Shown: positions 1 through 8,089, numbered from the stretch's first letter. The stretch is 45,784 bases of DNA from Bacillota bacterium (GCA_012518645.1 JAAYRS010000124.1:1-45784), one strand, 5' to 3'. A program made the numbers and translations. Notes: generated by a model not told the origin, from the sequence alone.

Positions 1-336
1 CAGATAATCCCCGCCAGCCACACGGATTATATTTTTGCTGTTATTGCAGAGGAAATGGGGTTGCTGGGAACCTTTTCTTTGTTAATTATTTATCTCGCTT
101 TGGCTTTTTGGGGTTTTTTGATCTTAAAAAACGAAAAAGACGAAAGGATTCGGGCTACCGGAGCGGGCTTGATTTTCCTCTTCCACTTTCAAGTTCTTCT
201 GGTTCTTGGGGGTATGCTTCGCTTTCTTCCCTTTACAGGAATGACACTGCCCTTTGTCAGCTACGGAAGCAGTTCCTTAGCAGCACAATTCTGGATGCTG
301 GGTATTTTAACCAAACTGGGGGGGAAGAGGAGATGA
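1..336 (+). CDS. SEDS-family cell-wall polymerase (FtsW/RodA/SpoVE), C-terminal fragment; 5' end lies outside the window
   Basis: Frame 1 is open from base 1: QIIPASHTDYIFAVIAEEMGLLG... This matches the conserved TD(F/Y)IFA..(G)EE.G motif of SEDS proteins and is followed by hydrophobic TM segments and PFVSYGSS. The stop at 334-336 overlaps the next ATG (ATGA). Confidence 0.85.
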   Translation, partial: QIIPASHTDYIFAVIAEEMGLLGTFSLLIIYLALAFWGFLILKNEKDERIRATGAGLIFLFHFQVLLVLGGMLRFLPFTGMTLPFVSYGSSSLAAQFWMLGILTKLGGKRR

Positions 337-1661
337 CCCCCGATTTCAAGAAATGCTTCTTGGGAATTGTGATTGGTTATGGTATTATTTTAAGTGGTTT
401 GTTTTATTGGCATCTTTTTGCCGATCTAGAGCAGCATCCCGCTAATCCCCGCTTCTATTCGGTTTTCGAGCAACAGCGCGGCCCTATCCTAGATCGGCTG
501 GGCCGGCCTTTGGCTTTTTCCGAAGCGAAAGGGGAAAAATATGTTAGGCGCTACGCCACTCCGTCCCTTTCTCATCTAGTAGGTTATTATCACCACCGTT
601 ACGGCCTGACTGGGTTGGAAAAAGAATATCACCAAGAGCTGCTGCGAGGGCAGACCTTGACTACTACCATTGATTTAGAACTGCAGGAGCTGGTGGAAAA
701 TAGTCTGGGTTCCCGGGTCGGAGGGGCCCTGGTGCTGAGCCCGGGCAGCGGCGAGATCTTTGCTCTTGTCTCTTCTCCGGCAGTGGACGGCAATAGCTTG
801 GAAGAGAACTGGACGGAATATCTTGCTGATTTACGAAGCCCTTTTTTAAACAGAGTTACTCAAGGCTTATATCCTCCCGGTTCAGTGGTTAAACCGCTTG
901 TTTACGCAGCGGCTTTAGAAACAGGGCTGGCCCAGCCGGGTTCGCAGTGGGTTGATGAAGGCCGGTTTTCCCTTCAAGGCAGGACCCTGCACAATTTCGG
1001 GAAAAGGGCCTTAGGTCTGATTAGTACTGATCAAGCTTTAGCTTATTCTTCCAATGTGGTCTTTGCAGAACTGGCCGTTGCCTTGGATTCTAAATTATTG
1101 GAGTACTATCAGAAGCTTGGTTTAGGGGCCAGCTGCCCATTTGAATTAAAGAATCGAGAAGGCTTCCTTCCTGCTCAAATTGATTCGCCGTTTACCGCCG
1201 CTTTATTAGGCATTGGCCAGGGGGAACTGCTGGTGACCCCTCTCCAAATGGCTTTAGTAGCTGCCGTTATTGCCAATAGGGGCACTCTGATGGAACCTTA
1301 TCTAGTGAGAGAACTGCGGGGGGGTTTGCGGATGCGCCGGATTACAAGGCCGAGGGTCTTGGCTCGGCCTTTATTGGAACAAACGGTCTTGATACTGCGG
1401 GATGCCATGGTGTTGGCAGTAGAAGAAGGGACGGCCCAGGCAATTGGGCCTCAGGATTTTCCCTTTGCCGCCAAGACGGGTACCGCAGAAACCGCGGCTG
1501 GGTTAGATCATTCCTGGTTTCTGGGTTTTGCCCCCAGTCAAGAGCCGCAGGTAGCAGTAGTTGTCCTGGTGGAGCACGGCGGAGCCGGGCGTACTGGTGC
1601 AGCTCCGCTGGGAACCGAGATTTTAATGGGTGCTTTAGAAATATTGGGGAGAGAAAGGTAA
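333..1661 (+). CDS. class-B penicillin-binding protein (PbpA-like transpeptidase)
   Basis: Start chosen at ATG 333 (ATGA overlap with the SEDS stop; N-terminal TM segment FLGIVIGYGIILSGLFYW). The three transpeptidase motifs are present: SVVK (SxxK), SSN (SxN), KTGT (KTG). Confidence 0.85.
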   Translation: MTPDFKKCFLGIVIGYGIILSGLFYWHLFADLEQHPANPRFYSVFEQQRGPILDRLGRPLAFSEAKGEKYVRRYATPSLSHLVGYYHHRYGLTGLEKEYHQELLRGQTLTTTIDLELQELVENSLGSRVGGALVLSPGSGEIFALVSSPAVDGNSLEENWTEYLADLRSPFLNRVTQGLYPPGSVVKPLVYAAALETGLAQPGSQWVDEGRFSLQGRTLHNFGKRALGLISTDQALAYSSNVVFAELAVALDSKLLEYYQKLGLGASCPFELKNREGFLPAQIDSPFTAALLGIGQGELLVTPLQMALVAAVIANRGTLMEPYLVRELRGGLRMRRITRPRVLARPLLEQTVLILRDAMVLAVEEGTAQAIGPQDFPFAAKTGTAETAAGLDHSWFLGFAPSQEPQVAVVVLVEHGGAGRTGAAPLGTEILMGALEILGRER

Positions 1662-1672
1662 TAGGTGAGATT

Positions 1673-3634
1673 ATGATTGGCGAAGTCTTAATCGATCGCT
1701 ATGAAATTTTAAAAAAGGTAGGGGCCGGCGGCATGGCGCTGGTTTACAGCGCTAAGGATCATCTTTTAAACAGGACGGTGGCTGTAAAGATCCTTCGGGA
1801 ACAGTTTGCCGGGGACGAAGAATTCGTGGAGCGTTTTCGGCGGGAAGCCAGATCTGCAGCCAGCCTATCTCACCCTAATATAGTGAACATATACGATGTG
1901 GGCCAAACAGGAAATATTCACTTTATTGTTATGGAATACGTACAAGGGCAGAGCTTGGGGCACTTGATCAAGAGCAACAAAAAGTTTTCTCAAAAATTTA
2001 TTGTCAGCGTAGGCCGACAAATTGCCCTGGGCTTAGGACACGCCCACTATCACGGCATCATCCACCGAGATATCAAACCTCATAATATTTTGATTACGGA
2101 AGAAGAAAGGGTTAAAGTAACCGATTTTGGCATTGCCCAGGCTATGTCCGGGACGGAACTAACCCAAACCGGCATGGTTTTGGGATCAGTCCACTATTTT
2201 TCGCCGGAGCAGGCCCGGGGTATCAATGTGGGTACTGCCAGCGATTTGTATTCTTTAGGCATTGTGCTTTATGAACTAATCACGGGGAAACAGCCCTTCC
2301 GGGGCAATTCTCCAATTTCCATTGCCTTAAAACAGATTCAAGAAACACCTGCCCCGCCTTCAAGTTTTGTTGATGATCTAGATCAAGAGCTAGAGAAATT
2401 GGTTTTGGATCTGTTGTCCAAAGATGCGGCCCAGAGGCCCTCCGGTGCAGAAGAAGTTGCCAGTGTTTTCCGCAGGATTGAACGAAGATTGGATTACGAT
2501 TTAGATCTAGAAAATGTTGCTGATCAAGAAGTTTCCCCTCTGCCGAGGGCTTGGAAAGGGGTTTTTGGATTGGCCCGGCCGAAAAAGAAGAAAAACGAAA
2601 GGAAGAAAAAGAAAGCCGCTGCCCGGGGAAAATCCCGGCGGGGTTTGGTAGTTTTTCTTTTAATAGTGTTGGTCTTAAGCGGAGTTGGCTTTGCCCTGAA
2701 CCGTATTATCCCTAAAATTTTATTTCTAGATGATGTGCCGGTGCCTGATATTGTCGGCCTGCCCGAAGAGGAAGGGTTTAGTGTTTTAAAGAGCCATAAT
2801 TTAATCTTAAACGTAACCCAAAGGGTTTTTGACAACGAAAAACCCTTGGGATATATTATAAGCCAGGAACCTTTAGCGGGGCGGATGGTCAAAGAAAACC
2901 GGCAGATTTCAGTTAGGGTCAGCAGAGGGCCGGAAGAAATAGAAATGCCTAGCGTTCTTGGTGTATCCGCTCGGGAAGCGAGACTGAATCTGACCCAGAC
3001 CGGTTTTGTCCTGGGCAGCGAAACTGAGATATTTGAACCGAGCGTAGCCCCCGGCACCGTTTTGGAGCAATGGCCTGAGCCAGGCGGGATTGCAGTGAAA
3101 GGTACAGAAGTGAATCTTGTGATAAGCAAGGATCAGGAGACAGTCGTCTCTATCCCTCTGCCTGATTTTACCGGCCGGGATTTTTCAGAAGTGCAGACCC
3201 TTTTGGAAGGGCTGGGGCTTAAAGTGGGCAACTCTTGGCCTGAGTACAGCATGGTCTATCGGGAGGGCCAGGTTATAGAGCATAACCCCGCGGCCGGAAC
3301 AGAGGTGCAGCTGGGTTGGACCGTTGACTTTGTCTATTCCCAGGGTGTTCCCCATGTCCCCTCGCCGCCGCAAACAGCACGAGAACCTAAGCAGGAGCCG
3401 CTGATGGAGGAGAATTCTTGGCAGTCGCGGGAAATTGTGGTTGATGTACCCGATGGGCCTCCGCAGGAAGTTGTGATTTTAGTGATCGACGATTTCGGGG
3501 CCCGGGAAGTATATCGCGATACCCATAAAGGAGGGAGCCGTGTGGTCCGTTCAGTGCAGGGCCGGGGGGAAGAAGCCAAAATGCAAGTGTACATTGGGGC
3601 TCGGCAATTCTTGGATCGGTACTTTCGGGACTAA
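1673..3634 (+). CDS. prkC: Ser/Thr protein kinase with extracellular PASTA repeats
   Basis: Hanks kinase motifs are present: GAGGMALVY, VAVKIL, HRDIKPHNIL, DFGIA, SPEQARG. A Lys-rich linker and one TM segment (LVVFLLIVLVLSGVGFAL) follow, then three repeats of the form P.v.G....A...L...G and a C-terminal domain. Confidence 0.9.
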   Translation: MIGEVLIDRYEILKKVGAGGMALVYSAKDHLLNRTVAVKILREQFAGDEEFVERFRREARSAASLSHPNIVNIYDVGQTGNIHFIVMEYVQGQSLGHLIKSNKKFSQKFIVSVGRQIALGLGHAHYHGIIHRDIKPHNILITEEERVKVTDFGIAQAMSGTELTQTGMVLGSVHYFSPEQARGINVGTASDLYSLGIVLYELITGKQPFRGNSPISIALKQIQETPAPPSSFVDDLDQELEKLVLDLLSKDAAQRPSGAEEVASVFRRIERRLDYDLDLENVADQEVSPLPRAWKGVFGLARPKKKKNERKKKKAAARGKSRRGLVVFLLIVLVLSGVGFALNRIIPKILFLDDVPVPDIVGLPEEEGFSVLKSHNLILNVTQRVFDNEKPLGYIISQEPLAGRMVKENRQISVRVSRGPEEIEMPSVLGVSAREARLNLTQTGFVLGSETEIFEPSVAPGTVLEQWPEPGGIAVKGTEVNLVISKDQETVVSIPLPDFTGRDFSEVQTLLEGLGLKVGNSWPEYSMVYREGQVIEHNPAAGTEVQLGWTVDFVYSQGVPHVPSPPQTAREPKQEPLMEENSWQSREIVVDVPDGPPQEVVILVIDDFGAREVYRDTHKGGSRVVRSVQGRGEEAKMQVYIGARQFLDRYFRD

Positions 3635-3637
3635 ACT

Positions 3638-4501
3638 ATGGAAAAAGGTATTATCCTTAAAGGTGTAGGCGGAATCTATAAGGTGCAGACAGAACAGGGA
3701 CTCGTTCCCTGTACTTTGCGGGGCAGGCTGCGCTTGGAAGAAAAACGGATTGTGGTTGGGGATCGGGTTGAGATTTCCCGCCAGGAATCGGGGGGTGTTG
3801 TAGAGAGGATCCTGCCGCGCCGAACCGAACTGCAGCGGCCAGCCATTGCCAACGTGGAACAGGTTGTAGTTGTCTTCGCCGTTAGAAAACCGGAGCCAAA
3901 TCTGCTCCTTTTGGATCGCATCTTAGTTAATGCCCAGTTAGCGAAGATCCGTTCGATATTGGTTCTGAACAAAGAAGATTTAGACCAAAAGCGGGCCCGG
4001 GAATTGCAGGAGATTTATAAGAGTATTTCTTACCCTGTTTTGATCACAAGTGCTAAAAAGAGGAAAGGTTTGGCAGAACTGGGGCAGCTTTTCCCAGGTA
4101 AAATCAGTACCTTGGCAGGCCCCAGCGGTGTGGGCAAATCCTCTCTCTTGAACGCATTGAATCCTGGGCTGGATTTGGAAATCAAAGAAGTAAGTATGCG
4201 GGCAGAAAGGGGCAGGCACACCACTAGAACGGTCCATTTAATGCCGCTGAACGAAGGGCTGGTAGCGGATACCCCCGGATTTTCCCAACTGACCGTTGAT
4301 CTAAGCGAGAAAGCTGAATTACAATTCGCCTTCCCGGAAATGGCGGCTTTAGCCGGACAGTGCCGATTCAGGGGCTGTTTGCATCATCGGGAACCGGGTT
4401 GTGCAATTAAAGAAGCTGTGCGGTCTGGTGAGATTTTCAATCACCGCTATAACCATTACATAGTGTTCTTAGAGGAAGTACAAGCAATTCCTAATTATTA
4501 A
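3638..4501 (+). CDS. rsgA: ribosome small-subunit-dependent GTPase A
   Basis: Circularly permuted GTPase: NKEDL precedes the P-loop GPSGVGKSSLLNAL. Zinc cluster CRFRGCLHHREPGC. Conserved position after prkC. Confidence 0.9.
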   Translation: MEKGIILKGVGGIYKVQTEQGLVPCTLRGRLRLEEKRIVVGDRVEISRQESGGVVERILPRRTELQRPAIANVEQVVVVFAVRKPEPNLLLLDRILVNAQLAKIRSILVLNKEDLDQKRARELQEIYKSISYPVLITSAKKRKGLAELGQLFPGKISTLAGPSGVGKSSLLNALNPGLDLEIKEVSMRAERGRHTTRTVHLMPLNEGLVADTPGFSQLTVDLSEKAELQFAFPEMAALAGQCRFRGCLHHREPGCAIKEAVRSGEIFNHRYNHYIVFLEEVQAIPNY

Positions 4502-4506
4502 ATGAG

Positions 4507-5166
4507 GTGATTTTGATTAAACGTAGGATTAGTACATCGATTTTAGCCGCGGATTTCAGCAAATTAGAACAGGAACTAAGACGGGTTTCCGCTTCGGATC
4601 TACTCCATCTTGATGTTATGGACGGGATCTTTGTGCCTAATATCAGTTTTGGTATACCCGTGATTGAAGCGGTCAGCTCCGTTTCCCAACTGCCTTTGGA
4701 CATTCACTTGATGATTAGGGAGCCCTCCCGGTTTATAGGAGACTTTGCCCGCTTTAAACCGGAGTTTATAACAGTTCATTATGAGTCTGTCACTCATTTG
4801 CAGCGCGTTTTAAGACAAATTAAAGATTTGGGTATTAAAACGGGCCTGGCTTTAAACCCCCACACGCCTTTGGAAGGCCTTCGCTATGTGCTTGATGATT
4901 TGGATCTTGTACTGCTGATGACTGTAAACCCAGGTTACGGAGGGCAGAAGTTTATTCCGGCTATGGTTCAAAAAATTAAAGAATGCAGCCGAATTTTAGA
5001 AGGAAGGCCCATTGAGCTTCAAGTCGACGGAGGAATTAGCATCGATAACGTGGCGGCTTTAGCCCAGGCGGGGGCTAACAATTTTGTGGCCGGTTCCGCT
5101 ATTTTCCAGGCCGCAGAACCCAACCTTTATATCGAAGAAATGCGTTCAGTGAAAAGTGCCTCTTGA
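4507..5166 (+). CDS. rpe: ribulose-phosphate 3-epimerase
   Basis: Motifs ILAADFSKL, LHLDVMDG, DIHLM, VNPGYGGQKF, VDGGI. The start could be GTG 4507 or TTG 4513 and is uncertain by 6 nt. Confidence 0.9.
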   Translation: MILIKRRISTSILAADFSKLEQELRRVSASDLLHLDVMDGIFVPNISFGIPVIEAVSSVSQLPLDIHLMIREPSRFIGDFARFKPEFITVHYESVTHLQRVLRQIKDLGIKTGLALNPHTPLEGLRYVLDDLDLVLLMTVNPGYGGQKFIPAMVQKIKECSRILEGRPIELQVDGGISIDNVAALAQAGANNFVAGSAIFQAAEPNLYIEEMRSVKSAS

Positions 5167-5322
5167 TCCAAAGGATAAAATTCGGGGGAAGGCTAACGCC
5201 TTTCCTCAAATCTATTTATAGGGCGTTTTTATGGCCGGAGCAGTTCAAATCTTCTTTTGGCAGGGAATATAGGAGCTGGATAAAATTTTTTCCGTAAATC
5301 ACGAAATAGTTGCATTTGGGGC

Positions 5323-5351
5323 TTGACAAGTCTGATAATTGGATGTAATAT
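5323..5351 (+). promoter_or_regulatory. sigma-A promoter of sRNA copy 1
   Basis: TTGACA (5323-5328), 17-nt spacer, TAATAT (5346-5351). The flanks are shared with copies 2 and 3 (AAATAGTTnCATTTnGGGCTTGACAAnTCTGATAATT). Confidence 0.7.
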
Positions 5352-5357
5352 AGAATC

Positions 5358-5527
5358 AAGCCGACACACAGTGCAAGCTGTTCCGAAAAAAGACCGGAGC
5401 AGCAGTCCTTAAAAGCGCTCCCTGAGCAGTTATACCGTGAAAGTGGGCATAGAACGGTGAGACGGTGTTGTGTGAAGGCTAAAGATCAAAAAGCATCCTG
5501 AGGGGAAGGGATGCTTTTTGATCTTTT
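5358..5527 (+). ncRNA. unassigned structured small RNA, paralog 1 of 3 (about 170 nt)
   Basis: No ORF. The 5' strand 5360-5374 pairs with the 3' strand 5464-5479 (closing helix). Hairpin GCUGUUCCG/CGGAGCAGC lies at 5377-5403. Conserved UCCCUGAGC at 5419-5427. The terminator follows immediately: AAAGATCAAAAAGCATCC, loop, GGATGCTTTTTGATCTTTT (5481-5527). Ends are inferred from the promoter and terminator, not mapped. Confidence 0.6.
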
Positions 5528-5708
5528 AAATCTTTTTGGCGGGTCTTAGTTAAAAGTTTAACACAAGAGATAGCTAATCCGCCGCGGCTGAAATAGAAAA
5601 CACATTCTAGTACCTTTAAAAACATAGTGTAATTGGGAAATGTACCCCTGTCTTAATACTCGTACGCTCTGTATTTCTTAAAAAGGACAAAATAGTTACA
5701 TTTAGGGC

Positions 5709-5737
5709 TTGACAAATCTGATAATTAGGTGTAATAT
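5709..5737 (+). promoter_or_regulatory. sigma-A promoter of sRNA copy 2
   Basis: TTGACA (5709-5714), 17-nt spacer, TAATAT (5732-5737). Same flanking sequence as copy 1. Confidence 0.7.
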
Positions 5738-5743
5738 AAAATC

Positions 5744-5910
5744 AAGCCAATTCACAATGCAAATAACTCCGGGCGAAAGGGAAGCCGGAGTAACACAAGC
5801 TTTCCCTGAGCGACCGCACGCTGAGAACGGACTAGAAACGGTTGAATGGCATTGTGACGGCTAAAGATCAAAAAGCACCCCGTCTTCTAGGGTGCTTTTT
5901 GACTTTTTTG
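5744..5910 (+). ncRNA. unassigned structured small RNA, paralog 2 of 3 (about 167 nt)
   Basis: Closing helix UCACAAUGC (within 5746-5760) pairs perfectly with GCAUUGUGA (within 5849-5861), using a different sequence from copy 1. Hairpin ACUCCGG/CCGGAGU. UCCCUGAGC at 5803-5811. Terminator TCAAAAAGCACCC, loop, GGGTGCTTTTTGA plus a T-run (5866-5910). Confidence 0.6.
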
Positions 5911-6084
5911 ATCGGAAATCACCGCCAATTCTGTACTTAAATTCTTAGTATAATTATTTTTGAAAGGCTTAGTCGGTACGAATTTGTCAGATCAACGCTT
6001 AGAAGCATAAAGGTTGGGATGATGAGGCAATACTCTATCGGCAAGGCCATCAGAATATTTGTTTTTAATAGTTAGATATAGGGC

Positions 6085-6113
6085 TTGACAAATCTGATAA
6101 TTGGATGTATTAT
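6085..6113 (+). promoter_or_regulatory. sigma-A promoter of sRNA copy 3
   Basis: TTGACA (6085-6090), 17-nt spacer, TATTAT (6108-6113). Same flanking sequence as copies 1 and 2. Confidence 0.7.
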
Positions 6114-6119
6114 AGACTC

Positions 6120-6323
6120 AAGCCGACACACAGTGCAAGGAGCTGGAGAAAGGAGGTTACTTAAAAGACTTTTTGCCTAACGATTACTCACAAAAAAAAA
6201 TAATAGAATCCCTGGGCATGAGGCAAGGCAAAGAATCTAAATCGGACAGGAAGACATAAAGAAACATTGTGTGGAGGCGGAACATTAAAAAGCATCCTAA
6301 GCGAAAAGGATGCTTTTTAATTT
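6120..6323 (+). ncRNA. unassigned small RNA, paralog 3 of 3 (about 200 nt, divergent core)
   Basis: Its 5' end AAGCCGACACACAGTGCAAG is identical to copy 1, and a matching 3' strand ACATTGTGTGGAGGC is present. UCCCUGGGC at 6209-6217. Terminator ATTAAAAAGCATCC, loop, GGATGCTTTTTAAT (6284-6323). The interior is not alignable to copies 1 and 2. Confidence 0.5.
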
Positions 6324-6432
6324 GCGCCGGAAGGCTTATTCTTCTCAGCGCGCGGCAACGCGGCCTTTTGACAAATTTAAAGAAGGGATCTTTTGGTTCT
6401 TGGCGAATTGACAGGATAACAACGAAATAGTT

Positions 6433-6556
6433 CCGCTAGGGGTGCTTGAGGCTGAGATAGGATTGTAATCATCCTAACCCTTAGAACCTGTTGGATAATG
6501 CCAGCGTAGGGAAGCGGTGAAGTTGAAACATGGGCCGCTTGCTCCATGTTTTTTTA
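6433..6556 (+). promoter_or_regulatory. TPP (THI-box) riboswitch with terminator-type expression platform
   Basis: Aptamer 6433-6517 carries the hallmark blocks CUAGGGGUGC, GCUGAGA, ACCCUUAGAACCUG and GGAUAAUGCCAGCGUAGGGAA, closed by P1 CCGCU/AGCGG. Hairpin AAACATGG, loop, CCATGTTT plus T5 lies at 6526-6556. It sits directly upstream of thiT. Confidence 0.9.
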
Positions 6557-6609
6557 TTGCCGAAGTATTCAGTGCGGATCTATCGTTAGTTTTTTAGGAG
6601 GTAGATTTA

Positions 6610-7131
6610 GTGCGCAGTCGAAACCTTGTTATTATGTTGGAAACGTCGCTTTTGGTGGCCGCAGCTTTACTTTTATCCCTTTTAAGGCTTTGGAGGATGC
6701 CCCAGGGCGGGGGTGTTACTTTAGAAATGCTGCCCATTTTCATCCTGGCCTTCCGCCGGGGCGGTAAAGTAGGAGTTACAGGGGGTGCCCTGCTGGGGGT
6801 GCTGAAATTACTCCTTTCTCCCTACATTCTCCACCCTGTACAAGTCTTATTAGATTACCCCGTGCCCTTCGCGGTGCTGGGTGTAGCCGGGTTCGGCATC
6901 TTGCGGGAACGCCGCATCCTGGGGATTTTTGTGGGAACCTTGCTGAGATATGTCACCCACGTAATTGCGGGGGTGGCCTTCTTTGCGGAATATGCCCCGG
7001 AAGGTACTTCTCCTTTGGTCTATTCCGTAACTTATAACCTTCCTTATCTTATAGCTCAAGTTATTTTGGTTTTAATTGTAATTCAACTTCTAAGCCAACG
7101 GAGGGAGATTTTTGAACCTGAAAAAGAATAA
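6610..7131 (+). CDS. thiT: thiamine transporter ThiT (ECF S-component type)
   Basis: GTG start 8 nt after the TAGGAGG SD. A 173-aa polytopic membrane protein with the ThiT-like N-terminus (LVIMLETSLLVAAALLLS...MPQGGGVTLEMLPI). Placed behind a TPP riboswitch. Confidence 0.75.
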   Translation: MRSRNLVIMLETSLLVAAALLLSLLRLWRMPQGGGVTLEMLPIFILAFRRGGKVGVTGGALLGVLKLLLSPYILHPVQVLLDYPVPFAVLGVAGFGILRERRILGIFVGTLLRYVTHVIAGVAFFAEYAPEGTSPLVYSVTYNLPYLIAQVILVLIVIQLLSQRREIFEPEKE

Positions 7132-7756
7132 ACGGGTTCTTCTTTTAGGGACCGGAGAGGACATTCCCCCGAAATGTCCCTGCCCAGGAGACGATTTTTT
7201 GCTTATTTGCGCCGATGGGGGTGCGGATCTAGCGCTAAAATGGAATTTGCGGCCTGATCTAATTATTGGAGATCAGGACTCTTTGAGTACTCAAAGTTTG
7301 CAGTATTGGCAGGGAGAAGGTGTGCCGGTGCAGAAACATCCCACCCAGAAAGATAAAACGGATCTTGAATTAGCTGTGGATTTTGCCCTGGGGCTGGACC
7401 CGCTATCCCTTACATTGGCGGGAGCATGGGGAAACAGGATTGATCACAGTTTAGGAAATTTAGAGATACTTTACAACTTGGCCCGTTTAGGGGTTTCAAA
7501 CGAGCTTGTAACTAGCGGGAACCGCTTAATCGCTTTCCAGAAGGAATACAGGGGAGAAGTTAAGACGGGCAGTACTGTCTCCCTTCTGCCTTTAAGCACT
7601 AAGGCAGAAGGGGTTTACACTGAAGGGCTGTTTTATTCCCTGGCGGATTCAACTTTAGTTAGGGGGACGACTTTAGGAATTAGTAATCGGGCTTTGGAAG
7701 ATAAAATTTATATTCGTTTAAGCCGGGGTGTTCTTTTAGTTGTCCTGGGGCAATAA
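7112..7756 (+). CDS. thiN: thiamine pyrophosphokinase
   Basis: Motifs ICADGGA, IGDQDS, DKTDLELA, RIDHSLGN. TTG start after a GGAGGGAG SD, overlapping the end of thiT by 20 nt. Confidence 0.85.
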   Translation: MNLKKNKRVLLLGTGEDIPPKCPCPGDDFLLICADGGADLALKWNLRPDLIIGDQDSLSTQSLQYWQGEGVPVQKHPTQKDKTDLELAVDFALGLDPLSLTLAGAWGNRIDHSLGNLEILYNLARLGVSNELVTSGNRLIAFQKEYRGEVKTGSTVSLLPLSTKAEGVYTEGLFYSLADSTLVRGTTLGISNRALEDKIYIRLSRGVLLVVLGQ

Positions 7757-7793
7757 AATACCCCTAGGAGGAGTTGACAACCACCTTAGGGGC
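7754..7793 (-). terminator. putative intrinsic terminator downstream of rpmB (minus strand)
   Basis: Arms CCCCTAGG (7761-7768) and CTTAGGGG (7785-7792) pair with one G-U. On the minus strand the hairpin is followed by UAUUUU. The loop is large (16 nt). Confidence 0.45.
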
Positions 7794-7856
7794 AGTAAAG
7801 AACTTAGACTTGCCAGTAAGATCTAGCAAAGGATTTTTGAATCGATAAGGCAGCTT

Positions 7857-8048
7857 TTAAAAAGCCCGTTCCACTTTTCCGCTTTTTAAACATCGCGTGC
7901 AGACATAAGCCCGCTGTGGGCTGCCTTTAATTAAAACCCGTGTTTTTTGCAAATTTGGTTTCCAAGCCCGGCGATTTTTATTTAAGGCACGGCTTCTCCG
8001 GTTACCGGCTAGACTGCCTTTATCGCAAATGACGCATCTTCTGGCCAT
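7857..8048 (-). CDS. rpmB: 50S ribosomal protein L28
   Basis: MARRCVICDKGSLAGNRRSRALNKNRRAWKPNLQK... is the canonical L28 sequence pattern. SD GGGGGGT upstream. Confidence 0.95.
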   Translation of the reverse strand: MARRCVICDKGSLAGNRRSRALNKNRRAWKPNLQKTRVLIKGSPQRAYVCTRCLKSGKVERAF

Positions 8049-8089
8049 AGTTCTTACCCCCCTTAAACAAGTGCTTAATCACGATTTTC

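Noticed and set aside
2575-2625. Purine-only tract (GAAAAAGAAGAAAAACGAAAGGAAGAAAAAGAAAG) in prkC as a possible slippage or phase-variation site.
   Set aside because: It is not a pure homopolymer or simple repeat. It encodes the Lys-rich juxtamembrane linker common in PASTA kinases, and the frame is intact.
2524-3129. 201-aa minus-strand ORF inside prkC, and similar antisense ORFs at 3185-3594, 3676-4237, 8663-8965 and 10824-11138.
   Set aside because: Each lies entirely antisense to a gene with unmistakable motifs. The translations are low-complexity (Ser/Pro/Arg/Thr-rich), lack SD sequences and have no recognisable domain. They are typical shadow ORFs.
6173-6259. 28-codon TTG ORF (LPNDYSQKKIIESLGMRQGKESKSDRKT) inside sRNA copy 3, downstream of AAAGGAGG.
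   Set aside because: The SD-to-start spacing is about 16 nt, the start is TTG, and there is no equivalent frame in copies 1 and 2. A non-coding role is more parsimonious.
5358-6323. Whether the tandem RNAs are 6S RNA, a tandem riboswitch, T-boxes or Y-RNA-like.
   Set aside because: 6S folds as one long interrupted rod with a central bubble, whereas these have internal hairpins and a junction. Riboswitches and T-boxes precede a regulated ORF and carry family-specific conserved blocks that are absent here. There is no rsr/Ro gene nearby for a Y-RNA. The RNAs are left unassigned rather than force-fitted.
6546-6767. 73-aa ORF starting in the TPP riboswitch terminator.
   Set aside because: It begins inside the terminator U-tract, has no SD, and overlaps thiT out of frame. 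thiT has a proper SD and membrane-protein sequence.
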